DNA of 64,000 bases, taken from Candidatus Hadarchaeum sp. Its GTDB lineage: Archaea > Hadarchaeota > Hadarchaeia > Hadarchaeales > Hadarchaeaceae. The DNA is taken from positions 1 through 64,000 of the forward strand of contig NZ_JAVZIN010000007.1 in assembly GCF_038871235.1 (NCBI RefSeq). The letters are read 5' to 3'. Below, piece by piece: positions 38,766 through 46,853 of this stretch. The first letter of the stretch is position 1. Every line of letters starts with the position of its first letter. Under the pieces are notes generated by a model, which worked only from the letters and a program-made list of their open reading frames with translations, was not told the origin of the DNA and searched no databases. A program made the translations under genes and the position numbers.

Positions 38766-40076
38766 CTACATGTTTATCTGGGCTGAAAATGGTAGCGTTT
38801 TGAAGACTTCACTGGCGGCCTTTTCAACGTTGGTTCTTTGTTTTGAGCTGGTATAGACTCGGATAATATCAACATATCCTTTCAAAACGTTAATTAAGCG
38901 TGAGTACCTAGAGAGCTGCACGAGTTCCTTGTTTCCGCCGCTGTAGGTGAAGACCGGGATTTCCATGGGATCAATTTCTCGAGGGTAGTATGGAATAGAA
39001 TCCAGTGTTGGAACATCCACCACGACGTCATCGCTGTCAACTCCGGCTAGCCTAGCGATCTCCTGCTCTTTCTGCTGTCTTACGTTTTTGTCGCTCAGTA
39101 ATTTTGCCACGTAGGCATCTTTGACGTGAACATCTCTCTGGTAAGCGACCTTGAGGAGTTCTCTGTTGTCTAGCATTTTCATTATCTCTTTGGCTTTTTC
39201 CGCCCGTCTCCGCTTTTCAGGATCGTTGAAGTCAGGGGGGTTAAGCTCCCTTAATTTGGTCGCCACATAACCATCGTCCATTTTCAGGAACTCGTTCACG
39301 CTGGCGAAGGAAGTCAGGCCGATGAGTTCGTCGGCATATTCCATCGCCTTATGGAGAAGAATTTCCGCGGATCTGACCGCGTGGTGGTAGTAAACCGCCA
39401 AGAACATCTCATATCTGGCTATCATGAAGGCTTCAAGTGCGTAGAGCGCCTTAAGATCGATGGCGATGTCATTTCCATAGACATCCATCGCCTGAATCAA
39501 CCTGTTGATGTCGATGCGGCCGTATTCGACTCCAGTATAGTAGGAATCCCGGACCAGAAAGTCAAGTTTGTCGGAGTCAACTTGGCTGGCCGTGATCTGG
39601 TGCAGATAGTTCCTGCCCCTGCTATCTTTTCCAAAGGCAAGTTTGACGATTTCATCCGGCCCGTAGCCACACTCCTTTAATGCATCGGCAAGCTCGCTCT
39701 CCTTTACAATCTTGGCACCCATCTGCTCGTGGTTGATGCCGCGCTTTTCCACGATCAGTTCCTCATAAGAGTGGGAGAAGGGGCCATGGCCGACATCGTG
39801 CAGAAGGCTGGCGAGCCTGACGAGCTGCCACTCGTTTTCAGATATCTCAACACTTTTTCTCAAGGATTCGGCGATTTGCCCAGCCACATGCATGGCGCCC
39901 AGCGCATGTGAGAATCTAGTGTGTTCGCCGCCGGGATATACCAGCGACGCGATTGAAAGCTGCTTTATTCCACGAAGGCGCTGGACCGGCCAGGTGTCGA
40001 TTATCCGGCGTTCCACGTCAGTTATGCCGATATAGCCATGGATGGGATCGCGAATGTATTTGATCATCATACGCAA
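38766..40076 (-). CDS. HD-domain dNTP triphosphohydrolase-like (SAMHD1-like) protein
   Basis: IRDPIHG, QRLR.IKQL, HTRFSH, LLHDVGHGPFSH, DSDKLDFLVRD and VYYH. Confidence 0.9.
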   Translation of the reverse strand: MRMMIKYIRDPIHGYIGITDVERRIIDTWPVQRLRGIKQLSIASLVYPGGEHTRFSHALGAMHVAGQIAESLRKSVEISENEWQLVRLASLLHDVGHGPFSHSYEELIVEKRGINHEQMGAKIVKESELADALKECGYGPDEIVKLAFGKDSRGRNYLHQITASQVDSDKLDFLVRDSYYTGVEYGRIDINRLIQAMDVYGNDIAIDLKALYALEAFMIARYEMFLAVYYHHAVRSAEILLHKAMEYADELIGLTSFASVNEFLKMDDGYVATKLRELNPPDFNDPEKRRRAEKAKEIMKMLDNRELLKVAYQRDVHVKDAYVAKLLSDKNVRQQKEQEIARLAGVDSDDVVVDVPTLDSIPYYPREIDPMEIPVFTYSGGNKELVQLSRYSRLINVLKGYVDIIRVYTSSKQRTNVEKAASEVFKTLPFSAQINM

Positions 40077-40242
40077 TCTTCTCTGTTGCTGGGGCTATTT
40101 AGCTGTCGCTGGGAAACAAATCAGGAAAAGTTGGAGTGGTTTAAATTTAATCGGGTCTTTCGGTTGGACTCTCTGGAGACCATCATTTAGCGATAGATTG
40201 GCTTCTTGTTTTTGCGGGATTTTTATTCAATTTCCAGTAATT

Positions 40243-41259
40243 CTATCCTCTTTCCCCATATTTCTCGAAAACAGAGATGAAGATGAGATCCTTGTCACTG
40301 ATGTTATGTACCCGATGAAATTCTCCCGGGGCGATTGTCACCACGTCTTTTTCCCTGACACGCCGTCTGCCCCCGTTCATTTCTATTTCCCCCTCCCCCT
40401 CTATGAAGAAGTAGACCTCACCCACAGGATGAGAATGACCGGTCGTTTGTTTTCCTACATGTAAAATGGTGATGGAGAGTACTAGGTTGCCCCCGATCGT
40501 CCTGTCGCAGACGATGTAGCGTTCGTCGTTTTTTACCACCCTTGCCTCGCGGAAGGCCTGAAGGTAGCTCTTGTGCGAAACATCGTACCACTCGCCGCTG
40601 AACAAGTAGCCCTTGACCTTTTCTCCAAGTTGCATCAGATGCTGGATGAAGAATCCTGGAGCGTCCTGCTTAGAACTCCTGCAGAACTTGCCGAGAAGGG
40701 GAAAGATGCGTTTGGGAAAGATGTAGACTCCGGTGCTGACGTAACTGCTGAGAGGGGGACGGACCTTTTCCTTAAAATCGGTGAAGAAGAAGCTGGTGGC
40801 AGGAGGAGGATAATCGTCGCTACCATCAAATTTCACCGTGGCCATTTCCTCGGGCTTCATCTCGGGATTCTGCCCCACGTAGTATATGCCCACGAGCGGC
40901 TCTCCGGTGTAGCTTGAGACGAAGTCCTCAAAACCTGAGGAAAAATAGTTGTCGGCGCATACTACCATGAGATCCTCCTCAATTTTTTTCGCGTTGATGG
41001 CGTTCCAAATTGCCGAGACAGCCCCTAATTTCTGCTCCTCGGCCATGGCTTCCTCGACGATGAGGTTTTGGTAACCGGAGAAGAACCCCTCAAACTTTTT
41101 GTTAGTGGAGATGATCGGTTCCAAATTCACGGCGCGAAGCTTTTTGATCAGGTTGTTAAGGACGGTGTCTCCCTTTTCCATGATCATAGCCTTGGGCATC
41201 AGCTCCCCAATTGTACCTAGCCTTTTGGCAAAGCCGCCGGCGAGGATTAAGGCCTTCAT
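40243..41259 (-). CDS. Sugar-phosphate nucleotidyltransferase fused to C-terminal cupin
   Basis: ILAGGFAKRL..PK, ADN, FKEK and WYDV, plus cupin GHSH...EVYFFIEGEG...GEFHRVHN. Confidence 0.82.
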   Translation of the reverse strand: MKALILAGGFAKRLGTIGELMPKAMIMEKGDTVLNNLIKKLRAVNLEPIISTNKKFEGFFSGYQNLIVEEAMAEEQKLGAVSAIWNAINAKKIEEDLMVVCADNYFSSGFEDFVSSYTGEPLVGIYYVGQNPEMKPEEMATVKFDGSDDYPPPATSFFFTDFKEKVRPPLSSYVSTGVYIFPKRIFPLLGKFCRSSKQDAPGFFIQHLMQLGEKVKGYLFSGEWYDVSHKSYLQAFREARVVKNDERYIVCDRTIGGNLVLSITILHVGKQTTGHSHPVGEVYFFIEGEGEIEMNGGRRRVREKDVVTIAPGEFHRVHNISDKDLIFISVFEKYGERG

Positions 41260-41329
41260 GCCATCACTGGGAAACACTTAGTTACTATGTTTATTTATCT
41301 TTCATGAGAGAAGTTAGAGAAGTGAGCCG

Positions 41330-42709
41330 ATGGTTCTGGAGCAGCTGGGAAGGGCCCTCCATGGTGCCCTGCAGAAGATAACTCGCGCAGCCCACGTTGA
41401 CGAGCGGGCCGTGAAGGAGCTGGTCAGGGAGATCCAGAGGGCCCTGCTTCAGGCCGATGTCAACGTTGAACTTGTGTTGAACCTCACCAAACGGATAGAA
41501 AAGAGAGCGCTGGAGGAAAAATTACCTCCGGGGATGAGCCGCAAGGAACATGTCATCAAGATAGTTTACGAAGAGCTTTCCGGTTTTCTGGGGAAACCGG
41601 CGCCGCTTCAGCTCGAGGCGGGGAAATCAAAGGTCCTTCTCATGGTTGGACTTCAGGGCAGCGGTAAGACCACATCCGTTGCCAAGCTTGCCGCCCACTT
41701 CAAGAAGCGCGGTTACAAGCCGGCCATCGTGTGCGCTGATACCTACCGCCCGGGAGCTTATGAACAGCTGAGCCAGCTGGGGCAGCAGATAGGCGTTGAG
41801 GTCTTCGGTGATCCGGGCTCTTCCGATTCGATAAACTTGGCCAAAGAGGGGGTTAAGCGCTTCAAAAAGGAGCGTGCTGAACTCATCATCGTCGATACTG
41901 CGGGCAGACATCGCCGGGAGGAGGCTCTGATGAAGGAGATGCAGGAGATAGCCAAAGCAGTAGAGCCCGATGAAATCATGCTGGTCATCGACGGAACGAT
42001 AGGCCAGCAGGCGAAGGAGCAGGCGACGGCGTTCAAACAGACCACACCTATAGGGTCTATTCTCGTCACCAAGCTGGATGGCACGGCCAAGGGCGGCGGT
42101 GCCCTCTCCGCCGTGGCGGCCACCGGGGCGCCGATTAAGTTCATCGGGGTCGGGGAGCACATAGAGGACCTAGAACCGTTTGTGCCGGAGAAGTTCGTGG
42201 CTAGGTTGCTCGGGATGGGCGACATCGAAACCCTACTGCAGAAGATTGAGGAGGTGGCGAAAGAGGAGAAGCTGAAGCCCGCTGATATGAAGGCGATGAT
42301 GGCGGGCAAGATAACACTCCGTGATGTTTACGATCAGCTTGAAGCTCTTAGCAAGATGGGACCGCTGAGGAAGATCATGCAGATGATTCCTGGCGTCGGG
42401 GTTTCCCTGCCTGAGGAACAGATGAGGGTTGGCGAGGAGAAGCTGAAAAAGTTTAAATACATCATGCAGTCGATGACCCCGCAGGAGCTTGAGGACCCCA
42501 AGATAATGAATTCCTCACGCATCCGTAGGGTGGCTAGGGGATCGGGCACCACAGAAGCCGAGGTCAGGGAGTTATTGAAGCAGTATGAGATGATGAAGAG
42601 ATTCATCAAGACGTTTGCAAAGGGAAGAGGCCCTAAGTTGGGCCAGCTGGGGAAGATGTTTCGGGAAGTCCCTAGGGGCGGGGATAAGGGCCCTAGAAAA
42701 GGCTCTTAA
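41330..42709 (+). CDS. srp54: Signal recognition particle protein SRP54
   Basis: ALLQADV, GLQGSGKTT, DTAGRH, TKLDG..KGGG and an M domain (SMT..E, SRIRRVARGSG). Confidence 0.97.
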   Translation: MVLEQLGRALHGALQKITRAAHVDERAVKELVREIQRALLQADVNVELVLNLTKRIEKRALEEKLPPGMSRKEHVIKIVYEELSGFLGKPAPLQLEAGKSKVLLMVGLQGSGKTTSVAKLAAHFKKRGYKPAIVCADTYRPGAYEQLSQLGQQIGVEVFGDPGSSDSINLAKEGVKRFKKERAELIIVDTAGRHRREEALMKEMQEIAKAVEPDEIMLVIDGTIGQQAKEQATAFKQTTPIGSILVTKLDGTAKGGGALSAVAATGAPIKFIGVGEHIEDLEPFVPEKFVARLLGMGDIETLLQKIEEVAKEEKLKPADMKAMMAGKITLRDVYDQLEALSKMGPLRKIMQMIPGVGVSLPEEQMRVGEEKLKKFKYIMQSMTPQELEDPKIMNSSRIRRVARGSGTTEAEVRELLKQYEMMKRFIKTFAKGRGPKLGQLGKMFREVPRGGDKGPRKGS

Positions 42710-42761
42710 ACGAGGGAAACTATCAACTTAATTAGACAGTGAAAAATTTGGTGTGATTATA

Positions 42762-43058
42762 ATGTCCGGACGTTCCAAAGGCTTGAGGAGCAAGAGTCGG
42801 AAGAAACTGACCAAGCACCCTCGTCAGAGGGGACTCACTCCCGTCAGCAGAGCAGTTCAGGATCTTACCGTGGGTGCTGAGGTTTCAATCATCTTGGACC
42901 CCAGCGTGGTCAAGGGACAGCCCCATCACCGCTACCATGGTAGAACTGGGGTTATTAGAGAGAGGCGGGGGCGAGCCTATGTTGTGGAAGTCCGCGATGG
43001 TGGCGCAATAAAAAAGATTATTTCCCGTCCCGAACACCTGAAGGTGGTGGAGGCATGA
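42762..43058 (+). CDS. rpl21e: 50S ribosomal protein L21e
   Basis: SKGLRSKSRKKL, GQPHHRYHGRTG and RPEHL. Confidence 0.95.
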   Translation: MSGRSKGLRSKSRKKLTKHPRQRGLTPVSRAVQDLTVGAEVSIILDPSVVKGQPHHRYHGRTGVIRERRGRAYVVEVRDGGAIKKIISRPEHLKVVEA

Positions 43059-43393
43059 TCGGCAAGCGCGTTGTTAAGGAGAAACCTGTGCCCCTTGCGG
43101 AGGTTCTCGGCATTTTGGAGAAGGTCAAGAAGGAGGGAGAGCTGGAGTACTGGCAAAGACTGACTTATGACTATGCGCAAAAGTTTGCCAAGGTCAAGCC
43201 GAAGGAGGCGCAGGAGTTGATGGAGGAACTCCTCAAGATGGATAAGATTAAGGAACACTTGGCCGTGGCGATCATCGATCTCATGCCGGAGACCAAAGAG
43301 GATCTGGAACTCATTTTCTCGAAGGAGAGGGTTAAACTCGAAGAGGATGAAGCGAACAAGGTTCTCGAGCTAGTTAAAAAATATAGCGGCTGA
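43055..43393 (+). CDS. rpoF: DNA-directed RNA polymerase subunit F (Rpo4)
   Basis: MIGK, EL.Y.Q...YDYAQKF and IIDLMPET. It is in the conserved rpl21e-rpoF-DUF655 order. Confidence 0.92.
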   Translation: MIGKRVVKEKPVPLAEVLGILEKVKKEGELEYWQRLTYDYAQKFAKVKPKEAQELMEELLKMDKIKEHLAVAIIDLMPETKEDLELIFSKERVKLEEDEANKVLELVKKYSG

Positions 43394-43419
43394 GACAGCA
43401 GGCTCGGGAGCGTGTTTTA

Positions 43420-44004
43420 GTGGAGAAAAAGTATGAGGACCGGGGAATAGTACTTGATTTTCTCCCCCAGGGGCACCCGAACGATCCTAGGCCCATCCAT
43501 CTGAGGGAGCCCATAGCCCAGATACTTGGCGATACCTTCTTTACTCTGTTGGAGGTGGTCCCAATTAAAGGAATGACCTTTGTGCCGCATGAAAGGGTTT
43601 CCATCGGCAAGGGGGAAAGGGACAAGGTCGAGAGGATAAAACGACGGATTGGTTACGAGGATTTAACTGCCGCTGCCAAGGCCGAGCTACAGCCGGCGGT
43701 GGAGAGCTTGGTCAACGAAAATCCGGAGCGTTTTGTTGAGTTCTTTAACAGGGCGGCGCCGTTGACAACACGCTTCCACCAGCTCGAGCTGATCCCGGGC
43801 ATAGGCAAGAAGCTGATGTGGGCGATAATTGAAGAGAGGAAGAAAAGCCCCTTCGTTGATTTTGCTGATATAGAGAATCGGGTGAAGGGGTTGGTGAACG
43901 TAAAGTCGCTCGTCGCCAAGAGAATTGTGATGGAGCTGCAGGGAGTTGACAAATACCGGATATTTGTCCGTCCTCCGGCTAAGAGGGCAATGCTTGAGGA
44001 GTAG
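43420..44004 (+). CDS. DUF655-family putative RNA-binding protein
   Basis: VLDFLPQG, FTLLE and HQLELIPGIGKK, in conserved synteny. Confidence 0.9.
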   Translation: MEKKYEDRGIVLDFLPQGHPNDPRPIHLREPIAQILGDTFFTLLEVVPIKGMTFVPHERVSIGKGERDKVERIKRRIGYEDLTAAAKAELQPAVESLVNENPERFVEFFNRAAPLTTRFHQLELIPGIGKKLMWAIIEERKKSPFVDFADIENRVKGLVNVKSLVAKRIVMELQGVDKYRIFVRPPAKRAMLEE

Positions 44005-44018
44005 TGAGTTTTGCCTTT

Positions 44019-44363
44019 TTAGCTTTCAGAGTTTTTAGCGCAAAGCTCGTTCAGGACGTCGATCCAAGCGGTATCGAAACCTCGTTCGTCAGCCGGTCTG
44101 AACTTCTGCGCGGTTCTGGTCTTGGCCTCGTTTAAGATTTCAGCTATTTGTTCACCGTAGTTTTTTTCAAGTACCTTGTTGATGGTGGAGAGTTCCCCTC
44201 CAGATTCCATTGCTGAGACCATACCCTGTAACGCCAGCAGGTAGCCCTTCGTAAACTCGTCGCCGGAGTTAGTTTTACTTCGGGTTGCTTCCAGCCACTC
44301 CTTGGCACCCTTGACGTCTTTCTTTTTCATAAGTTTTATCAGGGGCTTTAGATCGATTTCCAT
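44019..44363 (-). CDS. Hypothetical protein
   Basis: Clean ORF with GYLLALQGM and DERGFDTAW segments. The function was not recognised. Confidence 0.65.
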   Translation of the reverse strand: MEIDLKPLIKLMKKKDVKGAKEWLEATRSKTNSGDEFTKGYLLALQGMVSAMESGGELSTINKVLEKNYGEQIAEILNEAKTRTAQKFRPADERGFDTAWIDVLNELCAKNSES

Positions 44364-44439
44364 AGCTAACCAGACCCCTCAGGCAGCAATCACCTCATGG
44401 TTTTTCGCAGGTGCAGACAAGGGTTTTCAACTTTCATCC

Positions 44440-44703
44440 TCACTCTCGAATTGTCTCCAGAATGCTGATGGCGTTCCAGATCAGGGTGCGGGTGTGAACG
44501 GGCATGTTGGGATCGTTGCTTATCTCATCCAAGATTGAAATGGCAGTTGAGGCCCTGACCATGGCGTCGTGACTCTTGTTCAGGAGGGCGTTCTTGGCCT
44601 CGCCGGCTGCCCTGCGGATGTTCCGCGGAACTGTGGTGTCCTCTGCCATGCGCGACATCATCTCTGCAACCTGCTTCAGCTTTTCCTCTGAGGACACGGA
44701 CAT
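44440..44703 (-). CDS. UPF0147-family protein
   Basis: DTTVPRNIRRAA...ILDEISNDPNMP.HTRTLIW. The ATG follows GGGGTG. Confidence 0.9.
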   Translation of the reverse strand: MSVSSEEKLKQVAEMMSRMAEDTTVPRNIRRAAGEAKNALLNKSHDAMVRASTAISILDEISNDPNMPVHTRTLIWNAISILETIRE

Positions 44704-44769
44704 CACCCCGCCACATGCGCAATCATCTAATTTTAATCTTGGGTCCCAATAAAGGGTTTTGGGGTGGGC

Positions 44770-45090
44770 ATGAGGGAAGAGGACATACCCAAGGTTGTGG
44801 AGATGTTGATGGCGGGGGGCAAGATGTTGGCGGTACATTGCGGCAGCTGTATGAGTCCTCTCTTTGAATATCAGGGAAAGGTCGTCTGCCCCGTTTGCGG
44901 TGGTCAGGCGAAGAAGTCAAAGCCCGAGGCCAAACCGTCATCGCTTGACAAGATCAGGGAAACGCTGCAGGCTAAGATTGACACCCTCGCCGAGCAGCTT
45001 GCCAAGGAAACCGATCACGCTAAGACTTTAGAGCTACTGGATAGAATAAAATCAGCCCTAGAGGTGCTGGAGAGGCTTAAGGAGAGGTGA
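44770..45090 (+). CDS. UPF0148/Sjogren autoantigen-like Zn-ribbon protein
   Basis: GGKML..HC..C.SPLF...VCPVC plus a coiled coil. It is divergent from UPF0147. Confidence 0.85.
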   Translation: MREEDIPKVVEMLMAGGKMLAVHCGSCMSPLFEYQGKVVCPVCGGQAKKSKPEAKPSSLDKIRETLQAKIDTLAEQLAKETDHAKTLELLDRIKSALEVLERLKER

Positions 45091-45094
45091 GGGT

Positions 45095-45301
45095 TTGAAG
45101 AGGGATTTGATTTTGAAGGCCCTGAAGGAGGCAGGGACGCCGGTTACCACTGAGGAGTTGGCAAGGATGACAGGCATTGATATCGTGAGGCTGCGCGTAG
45201 ATCTCTATCATCTTACTGAAGAGGGAAAGGTGGAGAGAAGGCTGCGTGGGAACACTCCGGTGTGGACGATAAAGCTGGGTATGTTTCCGGAGCAGCGCTG
45301 A
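45095..45301 (+). CDS. Small winged-HTH protein
   Basis: ILKALK...VTTEELARMTG...LYHL.EEGKV.R...W. Confidence 0.7.
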   Translation: MKRDLILKALKEAGTPVTTEELARMTGIDIVRLRVDLYHLTEEGKVERRLRGNTPVWTIKLGMFPEQR

Positions 45302-45330
45302 ATAGGCAACCGCGTGATTTTTTGTACTGG

Positions 45331-45921
45331 TTGGATCTGGTCAGGATTGTCGGTGCTGGGGTGGTTCTCGGAGTCATCATGGGCCGAATAATCGTGAGGA
45401 GACCTTATCATCTGGAGAGGCTGCACCCTAGGACCTGGTTACCCTTGGTCAAAAGAATGGGCCCTAGGCGTTGGCTGGTTCTCCTCGCCATCTCGCTTTC
45501 AATAGCTTTTCTCTCCCTTGTTTTCTCGATGGCGACGGGATCTATCTTACAGCATTCGGGGATAGAGACGGTTTCTCCCGAGGAATATCCTTTTGTTTCA
45601 ATTGAGCGGAATTACCCTTGGCTGACGCTGCTCTTGGTCAACATCCTTCCGATTTTTGAGGAATGGATTTTCCGTGGCGTGATAATGGATGAGTTAATCC
45701 GCTGGCGCAGGTCCAAGCTTCTCGCGGTCCTGACCTCAGCCCTTCTCTTTTCGGCCTTTCACCTTTCCAATCCGGGAACCTATCCGGCGATCGTCATTTC
45801 CATGCTACCGGCCAGCCTGCTGCTTTCCGTATGCTACCTCTACACCGGCCTAGGCGGTGTTATTTTGGCCCACAACTCATACAACACAATTCTGGTTGTG
45901 ATTGGGATTCTGGCGGGATAG
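45331..45921 (+). CDS. CPBP (CAAX protease/Abi) family intramembrane metalloprotease
   Basis: PIFEEWIFRG, FSAFH and AHNSYN. The start is uncertain (TTG 45331 chosen). Confidence 0.85.
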   Translation: MDLVRIVGAGVVLGVIMGRIIVRRPYHLERLHPRTWLPLVKRMGPRRWLVLLAISLSIAFLSLVFSMATGSILQHSGIETVSPEEYPFVSIERNYPWLTLLLVNILPIFEEWIFRGVIMDELIRWRRSKLLAVLTSALLFSAFHLSNPGTYPAIVISMLPASLLLSVCYLYTGLGGVILAHNSYNTILVVIGILAG

Positions 45922-45956
45922 TATCTTACTCGGTCTTTTATTTTAAAGGCTCAGTA

Positions 45957-46853
45957 ATGGTTGGGGAGCGGTTGGCGATTAGAGTTGTTAAATCCAACGG
46001 TCAGATCGAGGATTTCCGCCCTGAGAAGATATTGCGCACGCTCCGGAGGGCGGGTGCCAACAGAAAGCTGGCTGAAGAGATAGTCAAAAAAATTGAGGCC
46101 AGTGTTTACGATGGGATAACCACCAAGGAAATTTTAAGACTCGTTAAGGACATGATCTCCGAGCGGCAGCCTCCGGTGGCGATGCGCTACGACCTCAAGG
46201 ATGCGATAATGCGCCTTGGCCCTGCAGGTTTCAACTTTGAAAACTTTGTTGCTGAACTGCTCCAGTGCTATGGGTACCAGACTAAGCTGAGGAGCATCGT
46301 TAAGGGGAGATGTGTGCAGCATGAAGTTGATGTGATAGCGGAGAAGACGGATGGTGATTTTATTCGTGCCATGATTGAGTGCAAGTACCACAACTTGCCC
46401 GGCGGCGCAGTGGGGCTGAAGGATGTTATGTACACCTACGCGCGCTTTTTGGACCTGAATGAGGCCGCCGAGCGTGGGGAAGGCAAATGGTTTGACGAGG
46501 TCTGGTTAGTTTCGAACACCAAGGCCTCTAGCGATGCCACCAAGTATGCTGAGTGTCGCGGAATAAAGCTCATATGTTGGAGATATCCTCGGGGCTGTGG
46601 TTTGGAGAAGATGATCGAGCGGGAGGAGCTATATCCCGTTACAGTTTTGCGTTCTGTCGATAGAGCAACCTTGGAAAAATTGAGTTCCGCGGGGATCATT
46701 TTGGTTAAACAGTTGCTCACCTCCGAGCCGCGTCAGCTGGCTAGGACTGGACTGGGGAAGAAGCGTTTGAGCGCGTTGGTTTCGGAGGCTGAACAACTGT
46801 TGGGTAAGAAAAACGGGGTTGATCGCGCGGTCTCCAGATGTGCTATAGTTTAA
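45957..46853 (+). CDS. ATP-cone + Mrr-like PD-(D/E)xK endonuclease domain protein
   Basis: VVKSNG..EDF.PEKI (ATP cone), GFNFENFVAEL, HEVDV, IECKYH and LVSNTK, with a C-terminal helical/HhH-like region. Confidence 0.82.
   Translation: MVGERLAIRVVKSNGQIEDFRPEKILRTLRRAGANRKLAEEIVKKIEASVYDGITTKEILRLVKDMISERQPPVAMRYDLKDAIMRLGPAGFNFENFVAELLQCYGYQTKLRSIVKGRCVQHEVDVIAEKTDGDFIRAMIECKYHNLPGGAVGLKDVMYTYARFLDLNEAAERGEGKWFDEVWLVSNTKASSDATKYAECRGIKLICWRYPRGCGLEKMIEREELYPVTVLRSVDRATLEKLSSAGIILVKQLLTSEPRQLARTGLGKKRLSALVSEAEQLLGKKNGVDRAVSRCAIV

Noticed and set aside
41330-44004. srp54-rpl21e-rpoF-DUF655 block lacking the often-adjacent pus10 and ksgA
   Set aside because: This is ordinary rearrangement of a conserved archaeal cluster, and no remnant is visible.
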